DNA of 64,000 bases from Candidatus Poribacteria bacterium (GCA_965222225.1 CBDCTK010000002.1:4928001-4992000), one strand, 5' to 3'. Counted from the stretch's first letter, positions 11,221 to 21,616 are shown. A program made the numbers and translations. The notes: generated by a model not told the origin, from the sequence alone.

Positions 11221-11823
11221 ATGTTTCGGCTGAAAAACAGAGTCATAGCATGTAACCCGTGTAAATTGATTGTTGGTCTCGGAAACCCGGGGCGACGGTA
11301 CGAGATGACAAAGCACAATGTTGGTTTTTGGGTCATTGACGAGCTTTTGCAGAGATGTGGAATTGGGAAGTTGAGAGGAATGTGTGGAGCACTTGCGGGT
11401 ACGACGAAATGGGACGGGGACGAACCAATATACGCTAAACCAACTACCTACATGAACAACAGCGGCGAGGCAGTTGCCGCGTTGGTTCACAGATTCAATC
11501 TCTCATTCTCCGATTTGTGCGTTGTATACGACGATCTTAACCTGGAGATTGGGGTATTGCGATTGCGAAAGAAAGGTAGCGATGGCGGACACAACGGCAT
11601 GAAGTCGATTATTCGTTACCTTAACACAGAAGAATTCCCTCGCTTGCGAATAGGCATTGGTGCGCCAACCCATAGTCAAATTGATTATGTGTTGAGTGAG
11701 TTTGATGAACTCGACCAAGTTAGGATAAACCATGTTGTTCAACGGGCTGCGGACGCGGTCGAAATGCTAATAGAAGACGGAATTCAGACTGCGATTAATC
11801 AATTTAACGGCAGAATTGAGTGA
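11221..11823 (+). CDS. pth: Peptidyl-tRNA hydrolase
   Basis: LIVGLGNPG, HNVGF, KPTTYMNNSG, GGHNG, RLRIGIG. Confidence 0.96.
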   Translation: MFRLKNRVIACNPCKLIVGLGNPGRRYEMTKHNVGFWVIDELLQRCGIGKLRGMCGALAGTTKWDGDEPIYAKPTTYMNNSGEAVAALVHRFNLSFSDLCVVYDDLNLEIGVLRLRKKGSDGGHNGMKSIIRYLNTEEFPRLRIGIGAPTHSQIDYVLSEFDELDQVRINHVVQRAADAVEMLIEDGIQTAINQFNGRIE

Positions 11824-12053
11824 CTGACTGGCACATGCGAGTGATAAGAATGCATACAGACAACACGCGCTGATGTGTTTTCGTTATTCATTTTGGTTGG
11901 AGGATCGGAGTTGATAAGGTACTGCCAGCACTTTAACATACATTACCCAGAGTAAGCATCATGTATTCTGTTCACGAACAAAATAGCCGAAATAGTTGGT
12001 GAAGAGACCGATAGACATTCCTATTGGTTGCGCGACCCCAAGGAATTTGACAC

Positions 12054-13565
12054 ATGAAGCATACTGAATTTATTGTTATATGTCTCGTTGCCATATTGAC
12101 AGGGGCATCGTTAGGAGGCGCGGTAGACATAGATCCGGCAGAGGTAGAGAAAATGTTTCGCTTACCGCAGGATGATTGGTTGAATTTAGAACTAATGGGC
12201 ACAAAAGCCGGTTACGCGCACATTTATATGGATAGTGCGGTTTACGAAGGCGAAGATGTTCTACGAACACGCATTGACATGGTCATTGAGGTGAAACGAG
12301 GGGACTGGGGGTTGCGCTTTGAGAACACCCGAATCTCCTATATAGGGATGGATCTCATCCCCCGCCATTTTGTTTTGACCTCGAATGAAACTGGTGCCGA
12401 GAAGCGAGTTGAAGGACGTGTTAAGGAGGGGATTGCCTACATAGAAACCACGCTTGCCGGAAAAACAACACAATCCGAAAAACCGATTCCACCTGACGCT
12501 ATTTTCGAGCAGACAATCCCTTATCTCCTGCTCAAAGAAGGCATATCGGTTGAGGATGAGTATCAACTACAGATTTTCAACCTCGATCTCCTCCAATCTG
12601 TGGGCACAAGGGTCAAAGTCGTCCGTGAAGACCAAATCGATTGTGAAGGACAGGGCGTGCCTGTTTATGTGGTCGAATATACAATGGACATAATGGGAGG
12701 TCTAACGACTGTAGCATGGATTAGTTCGGAAGGTCGGACGTACCGGACAGAAATTCCCTTGACGGGTTTCCCTTTGGTACTGACAAAGACCGATATGCAG
12801 ACCGCACTAGGAGAAACAGGGCAAGTCGATGTGATTTTGAACACCAAGATTTATCCACAAGGAAAGCGACCGATAGCCAATTCGCCGCATCTGAAAGCCG
12901 CACTACGATTGGCAAAAGGAATTTTGAGGGAAGCTGTGAAGACTGACCACCGACAGAGTATAATCAGTGCCGAGGATAATCCTAATATCGGAGTTTTGGA
13001 AATCAATGTTCCACCGGTTGACCTCTCGAATACGCCGTCGTTACCGCTTTCTTTGGAGGAATCGCAGATTGAACTTGCGCAATTTCTTAAACCGAGTGTA
13101 TACATTCAGGCGGACCATTCTGCGATTCACGCGAAAGCGGTTGAAATCTTGAACGGGGAAACCAACTCGTGGAAGGCGGCTAAAAAATTGTGTCACTGGG
13201 TTCACGAGAACGTTTCCGACAAAAATCTGCAAACGGGTTTCGGTTCCTCACTACAAACTCTTGAATCCTTGGAAGGGGATTGCACGGAGCATACGGTACT
13301 TTTCATTGCACTGGCACGCTCGGCAGGTATTCCGGCGCGCATCTGCGCGGGAATCGTATTTCAGCGAGATGCGTTCTATTACCATTTCTGGCCCGAGGTC
13401 TACGCGGGTGAATGGATAGCAATGGAGCCAACGCTCGGGAAGCTTCAAGCCGATGCCAATCACATCCAACTGGCGGGCAGCACATTGGAATCCGACTCCA
13501 TGCTGGAGTATGGCGAAGGTGTTCTGCGGACGTTGAATCAACTAGAGATTGAGGTGATTGAATGA
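12054..13565 (+). CDS. Secreted transglutaminase-like domain protein
   Basis: Signal peptide; GDCTEH, RSAGIPAR, YHFWPEV, W..MEPT triad motifs. Confidence 0.85.
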   Translation: MKHTEFIVICLVAILTGASLGGAVDIDPAEVEKMFRLPQDDWLNLELMGTKAGYAHIYMDSAVYEGEDVLRTRIDMVIEVKRGDWGLRFENTRISYIGMDLIPRHFVLTSNETGAEKRVEGRVKEGIAYIETTLAGKTTQSEKPIPPDAIFEQTIPYLLLKEGISVEDEYQLQIFNLDLLQSVGTRVKVVREDQIDCEGQGVPVYVVEYTMDIMGGLTTVAWISSEGRTYRTEIPLTGFPLVLTKTDMQTALGETGQVDVILNTKIYPQGKRPIANSPHLKAALRLAKGILREAVKTDHRQSIISAEDNPNIGVLEINVPPVDLSNTPSLPLSLEESQIELAQFLKPSVYIQADHSAIHAKAVEILNGETNSWKAAKKLCHWVHENVSDKNLQTGFGSSLQTLESLEGDCTEHTVLFIALARSAGIPARICAGIVFQRDAFYYHFWPEVYAGEWIAMEPTLGKLQADANHIQLAGSTLESDSMLEYGEGVLRTLNQLEIEVIE

Positions 13566-13678
13566 GGAATTTCTATGATTCGACAACCAGTACCTATCAA
13601 TATGCCATTTACACAAATACCGTTTTGATGGCGATGCATTGGACCAACGAATAATTCGACGTAACACTGAAGGGAACA

Positions 13679-14800
13679 TTGATGCTTAAAGGATTGTTCA
13701 AACGAAAAAGGGATGATGAAGAGAAACAACCGCTACGAGAACAGCGAGAGAACGCAGATTTTACTGCTAAATCGGACATGGGGCAAGTCCACGATGGGCC
13801 GCCTGACACTCTGCCTCCCGCACTAAACGACGACCTTGCAGGGAAAACAGGTTGGTTAAGTCGCCTCAAAGCCGGTTTGTCGAAAACGCGAAACAACCTC
13901 ATGGGTCAAATCGAGAATTTGCTTCGCGTTGGCAGGAAGATTGATGAAGAACTGCTGGAGGAGATAGAAGAGATTCTGATCCAAGCCGATGTCGGTATTG
14001 ACACGACGCTGTTGCTGATGGACAATGTTCGGGTGAGAGTGAAATCTCGAGGGCTGAGTGATTCAGCGGTCTTGGGGGAAATTATTAAACAGGAGATTCT
14101 CAATATCCTTGGAGACGACAAGCCGCTGGATATTGACGCTGCGTCTCCATACACGATACTTGTGCTTGGCGTGAATGGCGCTGGCAAAACCACCACAATT
14201 GGCAAACTCGCACATCGCTTCAAGTCCGAGGGAAAGCACGTCCTGATTGCAGCCGGTGACACTTTCCGTGCGGCAGCCGCCGATCAACTCTCAATCTGGT
14301 CGGACCGCGCTAATGTTGACTTGATACGTGGCAGTGATGGATCGGATCCGGCGTCGGTCATCTTTGACGCGGTTCAGGCTGCCAAATCCCGTCACGCGGA
14401 TGTCTTGATTGCCGACACTGCCGGACGGCTTCATACAAAAAGACCGTTGATGGACGAATTATCAAAGATTGGACGTGTGATGGCGCGTGACCTTCCGGGG
14501 GCGCCCCACGAGGTGTTGCTTGTGATTGACGGAACAGCGGGACAGAATGCCATTATCCAGGCGAAGGTTTTTAATGAGGCCGTTCCAGTGACTGGCGTGG
14601 CTGTCACGAAATTGGATGGAACCGCTAAAGGTGGCATTGTTATTGCCGTGAAAGGAGAAATCGGTGCCCCCGTGAAGTTGATTGGCATCGGAGAGAAACT
14701 GGACGATTTACAAGATTTTTCTGCAACGGAATTTGTGGACGCACTCTTTGTGCGAGACGAAACTCCCCGAGAGGACTTAAGAGTAGCCAGAAATACTTGA
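13679..14800 (+). CDS. ftsY: Signal recognition particle receptor FtsY
   Basis: GVNGAGKTTT, DTFRAAA, DTAGRL, TKLDGTAKGG. Confidence 0.97.
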   Translation: MMLKGLFKRKRDDEEKQPLREQRENADFTAKSDMGQVHDGPPDTLPPALNDDLAGKTGWLSRLKAGLSKTRNNLMGQIENLLRVGRKIDEELLEEIEEILIQADVGIDTTLLLMDNVRVRVKSRGLSDSAVLGEIIKQEILNILGDDKPLDIDAASPYTILVLGVNGAGKTTTIGKLAHRFKSEGKHVLIAAGDTFRAAAADQLSIWSDRANVDLIRGSDGSDPASVIFDAVQAAKSRHADVLIADTAGRLHTKRPLMDELSKIGRVMARDLPGAPHEVLLVIDGTAGQNAIIQAKVFNEAVPVTGVAVTKLDGTAKGGIVIAVKGEIGAPVKLIGIGEKLDDLQDFSATEFVDALFVRDETPREDLRVARNT

Positions 14801-14847
14801 CTGTGAAAACACCAAAAATCTTTACTACGTGAAGGAATATTCTAACA

Positions 14848-15957
14848 TTGGCCTCAAAAGATGAACTTAAGTCGATTCTGAATGCCCCAATATTTCTGGC
14901 GCCAAATACATTTCTACATTTCTATGGCGGCGGAAAACTACGGGCGGAATTCATGGGGGAACCTGAACCTAAAGATGATTACCGATCTGAAGAATGGATG
15001 TTTTCAACAAATCGCGCAATCACTCCAGGCCGCGATAATCCACCGGATAAAGGGTTTAGTCGCATTCAACTTCCAGGCGGCGAAATGGTGTTGCTCAAGC
15101 ACCTGTTGGAGGCGTTTCCCAATGAAACGCTGGGTGAGCGCCATGTCGATAAATTCGGTCCGAATTTGGGAGTGCTCCTCAAAATCTTTGATGTCGGCGA
15201 CAATTCCCACATTCCTATCCACTGGCACCCCGCACCCGAGTTCGCCCAAGAACACCTCAATTCCCCGTTCGGCAAAACCGAGGCGTGGATTATCATTGGG
15301 ACAAGACCCGGCGCGAAGGCTTGGATTGGATGCAAGGAGACCCTTTCAAGGGCGGAATTTGCGGAGTTGATGCACGGGCAGGACATTGAATCTTTGCGCA
15401 GTTTGATGCACTTTCTAGAGCCGAAAGTTGGCGAGGTCATTTACGTTCCACCCGGCGTCATCCATTCGCTCGGCAGCGGCTTGTGTGTTCTTGAGCCGCA
15501 AGAGCCAACTGACTGGAGTATTCTAGCCGAATGGGAGGGATTCCCATATGAGAGTGAGGACGGGACGCTCGGGCTGGGCTGGGATCTGGCGCTTAAAGCG
15601 GCAGATTTTAACAAGCTTGAGGTAGATGAATTGAATGGCTATATCAAGCGGACGCCGGAAAAGATTCGAGGAGAAAACGGAAACCACGAGGAACGGCTAC
15701 TTCCTGACGAGGCAACGCCATATTTTCAGGCATCACGTTTAATCATCGATTCAAAGCTGAACATGCCTGCGGGGAGAGGATTTCACTGCCTCGTAATCTT
15801 ACAAGGTCGAGGTAAACTGAGTGGCACGTTTGATGATATTCCGATTGAGCGTGGAAAATCGGCCTTTATTCCTGCCTGCCTCTCAGCGTACGACATTGTC
15901 AACGCGGGTGACATGCCGATGGAAGTCGTCTGCTGCTATCCACCAGCCGTGACTTAA
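14848..15957 (+). CDS. Mannose-6-phosphate isomerase class I-like cupin
   Basis: SEEW, IHWHP, KTEAW, VPPGVIHSLG, EPQEPTD. Confidence 0.78.
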   Translation: MASKDELKSILNAPIFLAPNTFLHFYGGGKLRAEFMGEPEPKDDYRSEEWMFSTNRAITPGRDNPPDKGFSRIQLPGGEMVLLKHLLEAFPNETLGERHVDKFGPNLGVLLKIFDVGDNSHIPIHWHPAPEFAQEHLNSPFGKTEAWIIIGTRPGAKAWIGCKETLSRAEFAELMHGQDIESLRSLMHFLEPKVGEVIYVPPGVIHSLGSGLCVLEPQEPTDWSILAEWEGFPYESEDGTLGLGWDLALKAADFNKLEVDELNGYIKRTPEKIRGENGNHEERLLPDEATPYFQASRLIIDSKLNMPAGRGFHCLVILQGRGKLSGTFDDIPIERGKSAFIPACLSAYDIVNAGDMPMEVVCCYPPAVT

Positions 15958-16012
15958 CCTGCTGGCTGTGCCGTGAATACGCTCTAGAGATTTGGCATTC
16001 CGTCCGTTACTT

Positions 16013-16254
16013 GTACCATTTCGTTTGAATAACGTTGCGTATAATGTTTTGCAATTATACTACTATGAAGAAACCAATGCCAACCATTACCTTGTACACC
16101 AACCCTGGTAGGCGGGGATCAAGCGAACGATCAACTGAACGAATAGTGAAGGCGATAGTAAATCCTGTAGTGAGTGCGATAGAGATCTTATTGCCCCGCA
16201 TTGGAGACACTTGATTGACGCCAGCAATGCACTACGAATCTAGGGAAATGGTAT
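16013..16254. mobile_element. MITE family A copy containing a REP and nested 35-bp units
   Basis: Ends GTACCATTTCGTTTGAAT ... CTAGGGAAATGGTAT match the ends of the 50071-50250 element in inverted orientation. Confidence 0.7.
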
Positions 16255-17573
16255 TAGAATGCCCCCATGAATTTGGCTTGCCGCGCTTTTTCTTCGTCCA
16301 CGAAACTCAATAGAATGAGGCCCACGACAAAAAAGAGCATTAGAGAAATGATGGAAAGCCGTGCGGTTCCGGTCACCTGCCGGATGACTGCAAATGCGAT
16401 GGGCCCCCAAATCGCGGAAAATTTTGCAAACACAGAGTAGAATCCGTAAAACTCGGCGCTAGCTTCCTCTGGTACCATGGAGCCGTACAGAGAGCGGCTC
16501 AATGCTTGTGAGCCTCCGAGCACAACCCCGACGATGACGCCCAATACGAAAAATTCAGTGGCGGAATGCAGAAAATAGGCGTAGGTGACAACACCGCTCC
16601 AAAGGACGAGTGACAGCATCACCGCCCGCTTCGCTCCAATTTTGCCCCCTAGCCACCCGAATAAGGGCGCACCAGCCGCAGCGATAATCTGGATGACTAG
16701 CAGTGTTACCATTAACACGGTAACAGATAGATTCAACTCTTCTGTTCCGTAGATTGATGCCATGCTAATTACGGTCTGGATGCCATCGTTATAAACCATA
16801 AACGCAATCAAAAAAAGCAGAAGATGCTTGAACTGTCGAACCTTTCTCGCCGTTTTGAGCGTGCGTTCCACTCCGATGGCAATGTACGCTATGATTAAAG
16901 GTTTGGATTGGTGCTTTTCCGGAATCTCTTTTCTACCCTCGCCCTCCTTCAGTAATTTCAACGTGAAGAGTGTAAATCCGCCCCACCACAGCCCTGCCAT
17001 TGATATCCCGATGCGAGCGGCGAGTGCCTGTTCGATTCCGATTATCTTGTAACCAGCCACCAAGCCGAGAGCGATTGCAAATTGCAATCCCCCACCGACG
17101 TAGCCGAAAGAGAATCCCTTCGCCGAAACTCTGTCAAGTTTGTCCTCAGAGGCAATCTGAGGCAGAAACGCGTCGTAGAAGACATTTGCGCACACATAAC
17201 CGAATTGGGCAATAACAAAGATGATTACTGTTTTCCATATATCTCCCGACTGACAGAAATACAGCAGTGTGGTAAACAGACTGCCTGTATAGGCAAAGGA
17301 TAAGAGAAATTTCTTTTTCGCCGAAGAGAAGTCGGAAATGGCGCCGAGCACAGGGGCAAACAGAAATGCAAGAAACGCGGCAAAGCCAATCATGTACCCC
17401 CATAGAGAGGTGGCACTGATCGTGCTATTCCCGATTTGAACTCCTTCTGTTCCTACAATTACTCTCGCGAAGTAGCTTTGTAAGAGCCCAGCGACTACGG
17501 TTGTGACATAGGCAGAGTTTGCCCAGTCGTACATGCACCAACCGAAGATGGTCCGTTTCTCATTTTTAATCAT
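16254..17573 (-). CDS. MFS transporter, UMF1/Atg22 family
   Basis: WCMYDWANSA, PVLGAISD, NVFYDAFLP, GGSQALSRS, EFYGFY; about 12 TM helices. Confidence 0.9.
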   Translation of the reverse strand: MIKNEKRTIFGWCMYDWANSAYVTTVVAGLLQSYFARVIVGTEGVQIGNSTISATSLWGYMIGFAAFLAFLFAPVLGAISDFSSAKKKFLLSFAYTGSLFTTLLYFCQSGDIWKTVIIFVIAQFGYVCANVFYDAFLPQIASEDKLDRVSAKGFSFGYVGGGLQFAIALGLVAGYKIIGIEQALAARIGISMAGLWWGGFTLFTLKLLKEGEGRKEIPEKHQSKPLIIAYIAIGVERTLKTARKVRQFKHLLLFLIAFMVYNDGIQTVISMASIYGTEELNLSVTVLMVTLLVIQIIAAAGAPLFGWLGGKIGAKRAVMLSLVLWSGVVTYAYFLHSATEFFVLGVIVGVVLGGSQALSRSLYGSMVPEEASAEFYGFYSVFAKFSAIWGPIAFAVIRQVTGTARLSIISLMLFFVVGLILLSFVDEEKARQAKFMGAF

Positions 17574-17626
17574 TGTGTCGAGATGGCACGGGTAACAATA
17601 CCTTGCCAGCGTTGCTTCAACGAAGA

Positions 17627-17866
17627 CTACTGAACCACATCTCCCTCAACGGGCTCAACTTCAACTTTGATGCTCCTGAGGTGATCCACCGCCCGCTCAA
17701 GCTCATCGCCTTCGCCCGTGATTTCCAGTACAACCCAACCGGCGTCGGTTGTCACGTTGGCTCGCCGGATGTTTGTTACTATATTGTACTGTTTCCCGAT
17801 GTTATAAATTACAGGTTCAGTGATCCGGCTTGGTGGGAAACTCAACCGTACTCTTAGGAAAGCCAT
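17627..17866 (-). CDS. Stand-alone NIL domain protein
   Basis: LSFP...EPVIY...YNIVTNIRRANV...GWVVLEITG. Confidence 0.85.
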   Translation of the reverse strand: MAFLRVRLSFPPSRITEPVIYNIGKQYNIVTNIRRANVTTDAGWVVLEITGEGDELERAVDHLRSIKVEVEPVEGDVVQ

Positions 17867-18073
17867 ATCTATTGCCTCTTAGAGGAAGTTTGTGGGGAAG
17901 TTAATTTCAATGGCGCTAATCTCAAGTGGAGAAAGGTAAACTAACCACAAATACGCAGAAAAGCGAATTCAGGAAGAAATGGGGTAAGAGAGAATTAATG
18001 TGTCGGGAGCAACGGTGTGAAGTGCGTGAATCTTTTGTTCAGAACAACTCGCCTGAAAGTATTGCCCAACCTT

Positions 18074-18544
18074 TTAAATATCACCCGCTGGGCTAATTGG
18101 AACTTCAACGAAATCCTCCGCGGTGTCATCCCAAGAGTACGCTCGCGCAACGTTAATTTGTCGATCGTAGAGCGAGATTACAACGTAGGTAATCTCCGGA
18201 TAATTCGGTATTCCCCAAGGCTCCGTCGCGTCGGTTTTGTCTTTCTCGGAGAAATAAGCGTCTTCATTTGGATGTGAATGGTAGAACGCCTTAATCTGCC
18301 TGCCTTCGGTGCCGACTTCTCTATGTATCTTGATAAGGTCGTTTGGATGCATCAAGTAAGCGGTGCGAGCGTCGCGCGGATATGACTCCGGGTCTTCAGC
18401 ATGGCGCTCATTCTGAACGTTCTTGCAGCGTCTGACGAACTCCTGAACTCCATCTGTCAAAATCGCACCGCAGCACTCATTCGGGAATTCCTTCATTGCG
18501 TGGGCGCAGATTTGATCTATGGTCTCGCTCCGCAACTCTAGCAC
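18074..18544 (-). CDS. JAB/MPN+ (Mov34) metallopeptidase, Mec-like sulfur-carrier peptidase
   Basis: PNECCG and YHSHP...FSEKD JAMM motif; adjacent to CysO-like gene. Confidence 0.88.
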   Translation of the reverse strand: MLELRSETIDQICAHAMKEFPNECCGAILTDGVQEFVRRCKNVQNERHAEDPESYPRDARTAYLMHPNDLIKIHREVGTEGRQIKAFYHSHPNEDAYFSEKDKTDATEPWGIPNYPEITYVVISLYDRQINVARAYSWDDTAEDFVEVPISPAGDI

Positions 18545-18676
18545 ATCAATGTCTCCATACTGAACACAATCCGATAAGGCACCGCCGGAAGTTGGGTATC
18601 AAAAGTGCTGAGGCCCAACGAGTGTACCTTTATCTTAGACGGGGAATCTACTTTGCCTCAGATGACGTAGTACATA

Positions 18677-18955
18677 CTAGCTCCCGCCCGCAATAGCGGG
18701 GATTATTGAGACTTCGTCACCATCGTTAACCGCAGTAATCTTTCCGTCCAAGAATCGAATATCTTCATCGTTGAGATAAATGTTGACGAAACGGCGGATA
18801 TTTCCAGCTTCGTCGCAGATTCGTTCTTTGATCCCCGCATGGTTGGCTTCAAGATTTTCAATGATGCTCTCAATGTTAGATCCATCGACCTCCACTTCGG
18901 CTTGATCGTTTGTAAGTTTCCTAAGTGGAGTTGGAATGCGTACTGTAACAGCCAT
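18677..18955 (-). CDS. MoaD/ThiS/CysO-family sulfur carrier protein
   Basis: VRIPTPLR, RRFVNIYLNDEDIRFL, C-terminal IPAIAGGS. Confidence 0.92.
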   Translation of the reverse strand: MAVTVRIPTPLRKLTNDQAEVEVDGSNIESIIENLEANHAGIKERICDEAGNIRRFVNIYLNDEDIRFLDGKITAVNDGDEVSIIPAIAGGS

Positions 18956-18988
18956 GAAGTAAAATCCCTTCCTAATTTGGTTGATTTG

Positions 18989-19750
18989 TTATATCGCAAA
19001 GTGTAAACCACACTCTTTGTTGTTTTCGGATGACGCCGCGTTTTGCCAGCGCCATCGTCCTGCTCTCTTCGGTTCACCCGGCAGTATCCGCGTTGTACAG
19101 ACAACGCAACCGAGCGATTCAAAATAAGCCCCGTGCTCATCCGGTTTGAGTAGCGGATTCACCGGTACATCGTTTTGGCTTATAAACTGCCACACCTGTC
19201 CCTCAGTCCAGTGTGCTAACGGATTGACTTTCAAAACAGAGCGGCCGCCATGATTAATAAGTTCCGATTTGGGTGTGAGCCCTCTGTGTTCAGACTGATC
19301 TCGCCGCAGCCCGGTGAACCAGACATCAATGGTGTCTAATAGCCGTTGCATCGGTCTAACTTTTCTTATCTCACAACAAAAGTTCTGCTTATCTTTGCTG
19401 TCAAAAAACAGATGCTCGCCATGTTTTGACACCATTCGATCGACTTCCTCTGAATCCGGTTTGATTCGTTCGATTTGGATGTCGTAACGCGCCTCCACGT
19501 GTTCAAAGAACTCGTACGTCTCCGGAAATAAACGCAGAGTATCAAGGGTGCAGACACGAAACGGGAGGTTATTTTCATGTGCTAGGTGAATCAGCACCAT
19601 ACCGGACAGTTGTCCACTCGTCACAATTGCGGCACGCTCTTCGAAACGCTTGAATAAACTAAAGAGGATCTCCTTGGGATCTTCAGTCGAATTGACCTGA
19701 TAACAGAGATCTTCAGTAATGGGAGTTCGTGAATGAATGGGTTCAGTCAA
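18989..19750 (-). CDS. cysH: APS/PAPS reductase
   Basis: LDTLRLFPETY, CCEIRKVRP, TGLRRDQS, SLGCVVCT, ECGLH; the CC/CxxC cysteines indicate the 4Fe-4S APS reductase type. Confidence 0.92.
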   Translation of the reverse strand: MTEPIHSRTPITEDLCYQVNSTEDPKEILFSLFKRFEERAAIVTSGQLSGMVLIHLAHENNLPFRVCTLDTLRLFPETYEFFEHVEARYDIQIERIKPDSEEVDRMVSKHGEHLFFDSKDKQNFCCEIRKVRPMQRLLDTIDVWFTGLRRDQSEHRGLTPKSELINHGGRSVLKVNPLAHWTEGQVWQFISQNDVPVNPLLKPDEHGAYFESLGCVVCTTRILPGEPKRAGRWRWQNAASSENNKECGLHFAI

Positions 19751-19852
19751 CGAAAATATCCGCCCTTCTTCATGCAGTTTGGGGTTAAGTTCGTACGGAG
19801 TTAGCAGCCTTATCCTGCAAGAAAGTTAGTTCCTATTTTTGGGAATGAGCAC

Positions 19853-20803
19853 TCATGGCAATAAACTCATAATGTCGGTTTTGGGTTCAAAAAATTCACT
19901 CAAGCTAAAATACCGCTCCCCTGTATCGGGTAAGATGGTGACGACTGTTTTGTCTTCGCCGAGGTCTTTGGCGATTCTTAGTGCGGCATGGACGTTTGCA
20001 CCTGATGACATCCCGACGAGCAACCCCTCGGTTTTGGAAATGTGCTTCATCATCCGATATGCCTCTTCATCGGGCACGGTGAGTACTTGATCGATAATGT
20101 CTACGTTCAGGATCTCCGGGATTATTCCCGCACCGATACCGTCGATCCGCGTTGGCCCCGGTTCACCCCCCGAGATAACTGGTGAAACGTCCGGTTCGAC
20201 TGCAACCACTTGCACATCGGGATAGTGTGACTTGAGGACTTCGCCCACCCCGGTCAATGTACCACCCGTACCCACACCCGTAACAAAAAAGTCAACCGGA
20301 CGATCCAACGCCTTTATAATCTCGCGCGCTGTGGTCTTTCGATGAATCTCCGGGTTTGCCGGGTTCTTGAATTGATTGGGCATAAAGTGACGTGGATTCT
20401 GCCGCACAATTTCCTCTGCTTCCCCAATTGCGCCAGCCATCCCCGCATTCTCGGGAGTCAAAATAATCTTGGCACCAAAGGCAGACAGGAGCGTATGTTT
20501 CTCTTGGCTCACGTTCTCCGGCATAGTCAAAACCACAGGATACCCCCTTGCAATGCCGACAGCCGAAATTCCTAACCCCGTATTCCCGGCTGTTGGCTCG
20601 ACGATTGTATAACCCGATTTCAGTACCCCGCGTTCCTCCGCATCGGCAATCATCGCATGCGCAATTCGGTCCTTGATACTGCCGCCCGGGTTGTAGGATT
20701 CCAGTTTCGCCACAATCGTTGCGTCATTCTTTCTGCGCAGACGGTTAAGATGAACCAGAGGGGTATTTCCAATCAAATCAATAATGCTGTTAGCAAGTTT
20801 CAT
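19853..20803 (-). CDS. cysK: Cysteine synthase A
   Basis: IGNTPLV, NPGGSIKDR, EPTAGNTG, GVGTGGT, PDTGERY. Confidence 0.93.
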   Translation of the reverse strand: MKLANSIIDLIGNTPLVHLNRLRRKNDATIVAKLESYNPGGSIKDRIAHAMIADAEERGVLKSGYTIVEPTAGNTGLGISAVGIARGYPVVLTMPENVSQEKHTLLSAFGAKIILTPENAGMAGAIGEAEEIVRQNPRHFMPNQFKNPANPEIHRKTTAREIIKALDRPVDFFVTGVGTGGTLTGVGEVLKSHYPDVQVVAVEPDVSPVISGGEPGPTRIDGIGAGIIPEILNVDIIDQVLTVPDEEAYRMMKHISKTEGLLVGMSSGANVHAALRIAKDLGEDKTVVTILPDTGERYFSLSEFFEPKTDIMSLLP

Positions 20804-20804
20804 A

Positions 20805-21257
20805 TCAGATTGAATAGGGAATTGAGTGCACAGGCCGAGCAAGCTGCTTGAACTTCCGGGCTTGACAACATAGTTCTTGCAATGTCTTTGCGTTTAAGAC
20901 GCTACAAATACCGCTCTCGATTTCCAGCAGCAAAGTTTCCATGCACCTGTTGGTTGCGTCACATTGTGAGGAGGCGTCAAAACTCTCCGTAAAATTGACG
21001 GGTCCCTCGACTGCTTCAAAGATGTCGCCGATGCGAATTTCGTTTGGAGGGAGGCCCAGGCTGTATCCGCCATCGGGCCCCCGACGACTCCTGGTCAAGC
21101 CGGACTGCTTGAGTTGAAGGAGTAACTTCTCAAGAAAAGGGCGCGAAATGCCGTGTTTCTCCGATAGTTCCGCTACCGAGACGAACTGTTGAGGATCTTG
21201 CAGCGCTAACTCTAGCATCGCTAGGACTGCATATTTTAACCGAGCGGATAGACGCAT
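20805..21257 (-). CDS. Rrf2-family transcriptional regulator (CymR/IscR-like)
   Basis: MRLSARLKYA, FLEKLL, SRRGPDGGY, FEAVEG; directly upstream of cysK. Confidence 0.9.
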   Translation of the reverse strand: MRLSARLKYAVLAMLELALQDPQQFVSVAELSEKHGISRPFLEKLLLQLKQSGLTRSRRGPDGGYSLGLPPNEIRIGDIFEAVEGPVNFTESFDASSQCDATNRCMETLLLEIESGICSVLNAKTLQELCCQARKFKQLARPVHSIPYSI

Positions 21258-21451
21258 CTTTACTCCTTCTCTAAAATCATGACTAATCTGGTCGAATATA
21301 ATTATAATGTATATGACCTGAAGAGTCAAATTTATTTTGGCATTGTGCGAATCACTTATCTCCTTCGTATCTCATGAGCTCAACTTGGCACATTTCTAAG
21401 GTGGATACCAATCTCGATCATCAAATTAAGATGGACTTCCTGTATCATATT

Positions 21452-21597
21452 GTAGGGTGTGCACTGCGATAGAAATCCTCGCTGGACCGCGACTTCCTGT
21501 CGCGACCAAAACTCGCTTCTACAGAAGACGCGCAATCTGAACAACGTAAGCCTTGTATGCAGAGTTCTTAGTTGCAATGACTATGCAATGACTATAA
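21452..21597. repeat. REP pair with partial 35-bp unit and a MITE family C end
   Basis: GTAGGGTGTGCACTGCGATAGAAATCC, AAAACTCGCTTCTACAGAAGACGCGCAAT (also near 33360) and TCTTAGTTGCAATGACTAT end shared with 33301-33487. Confidence 0.6.
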
Positions 21598-21616
21598 GAA
21601 AACTCGGTGTCTCTAA

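Noticed and set aside
18074-18955. JAB plus ubiquitin-like pair as a CBASS/Bil-type defence system
   Set aside because: No E1/E2 or cyclase; the context is cysK/cysH sulfur metabolism
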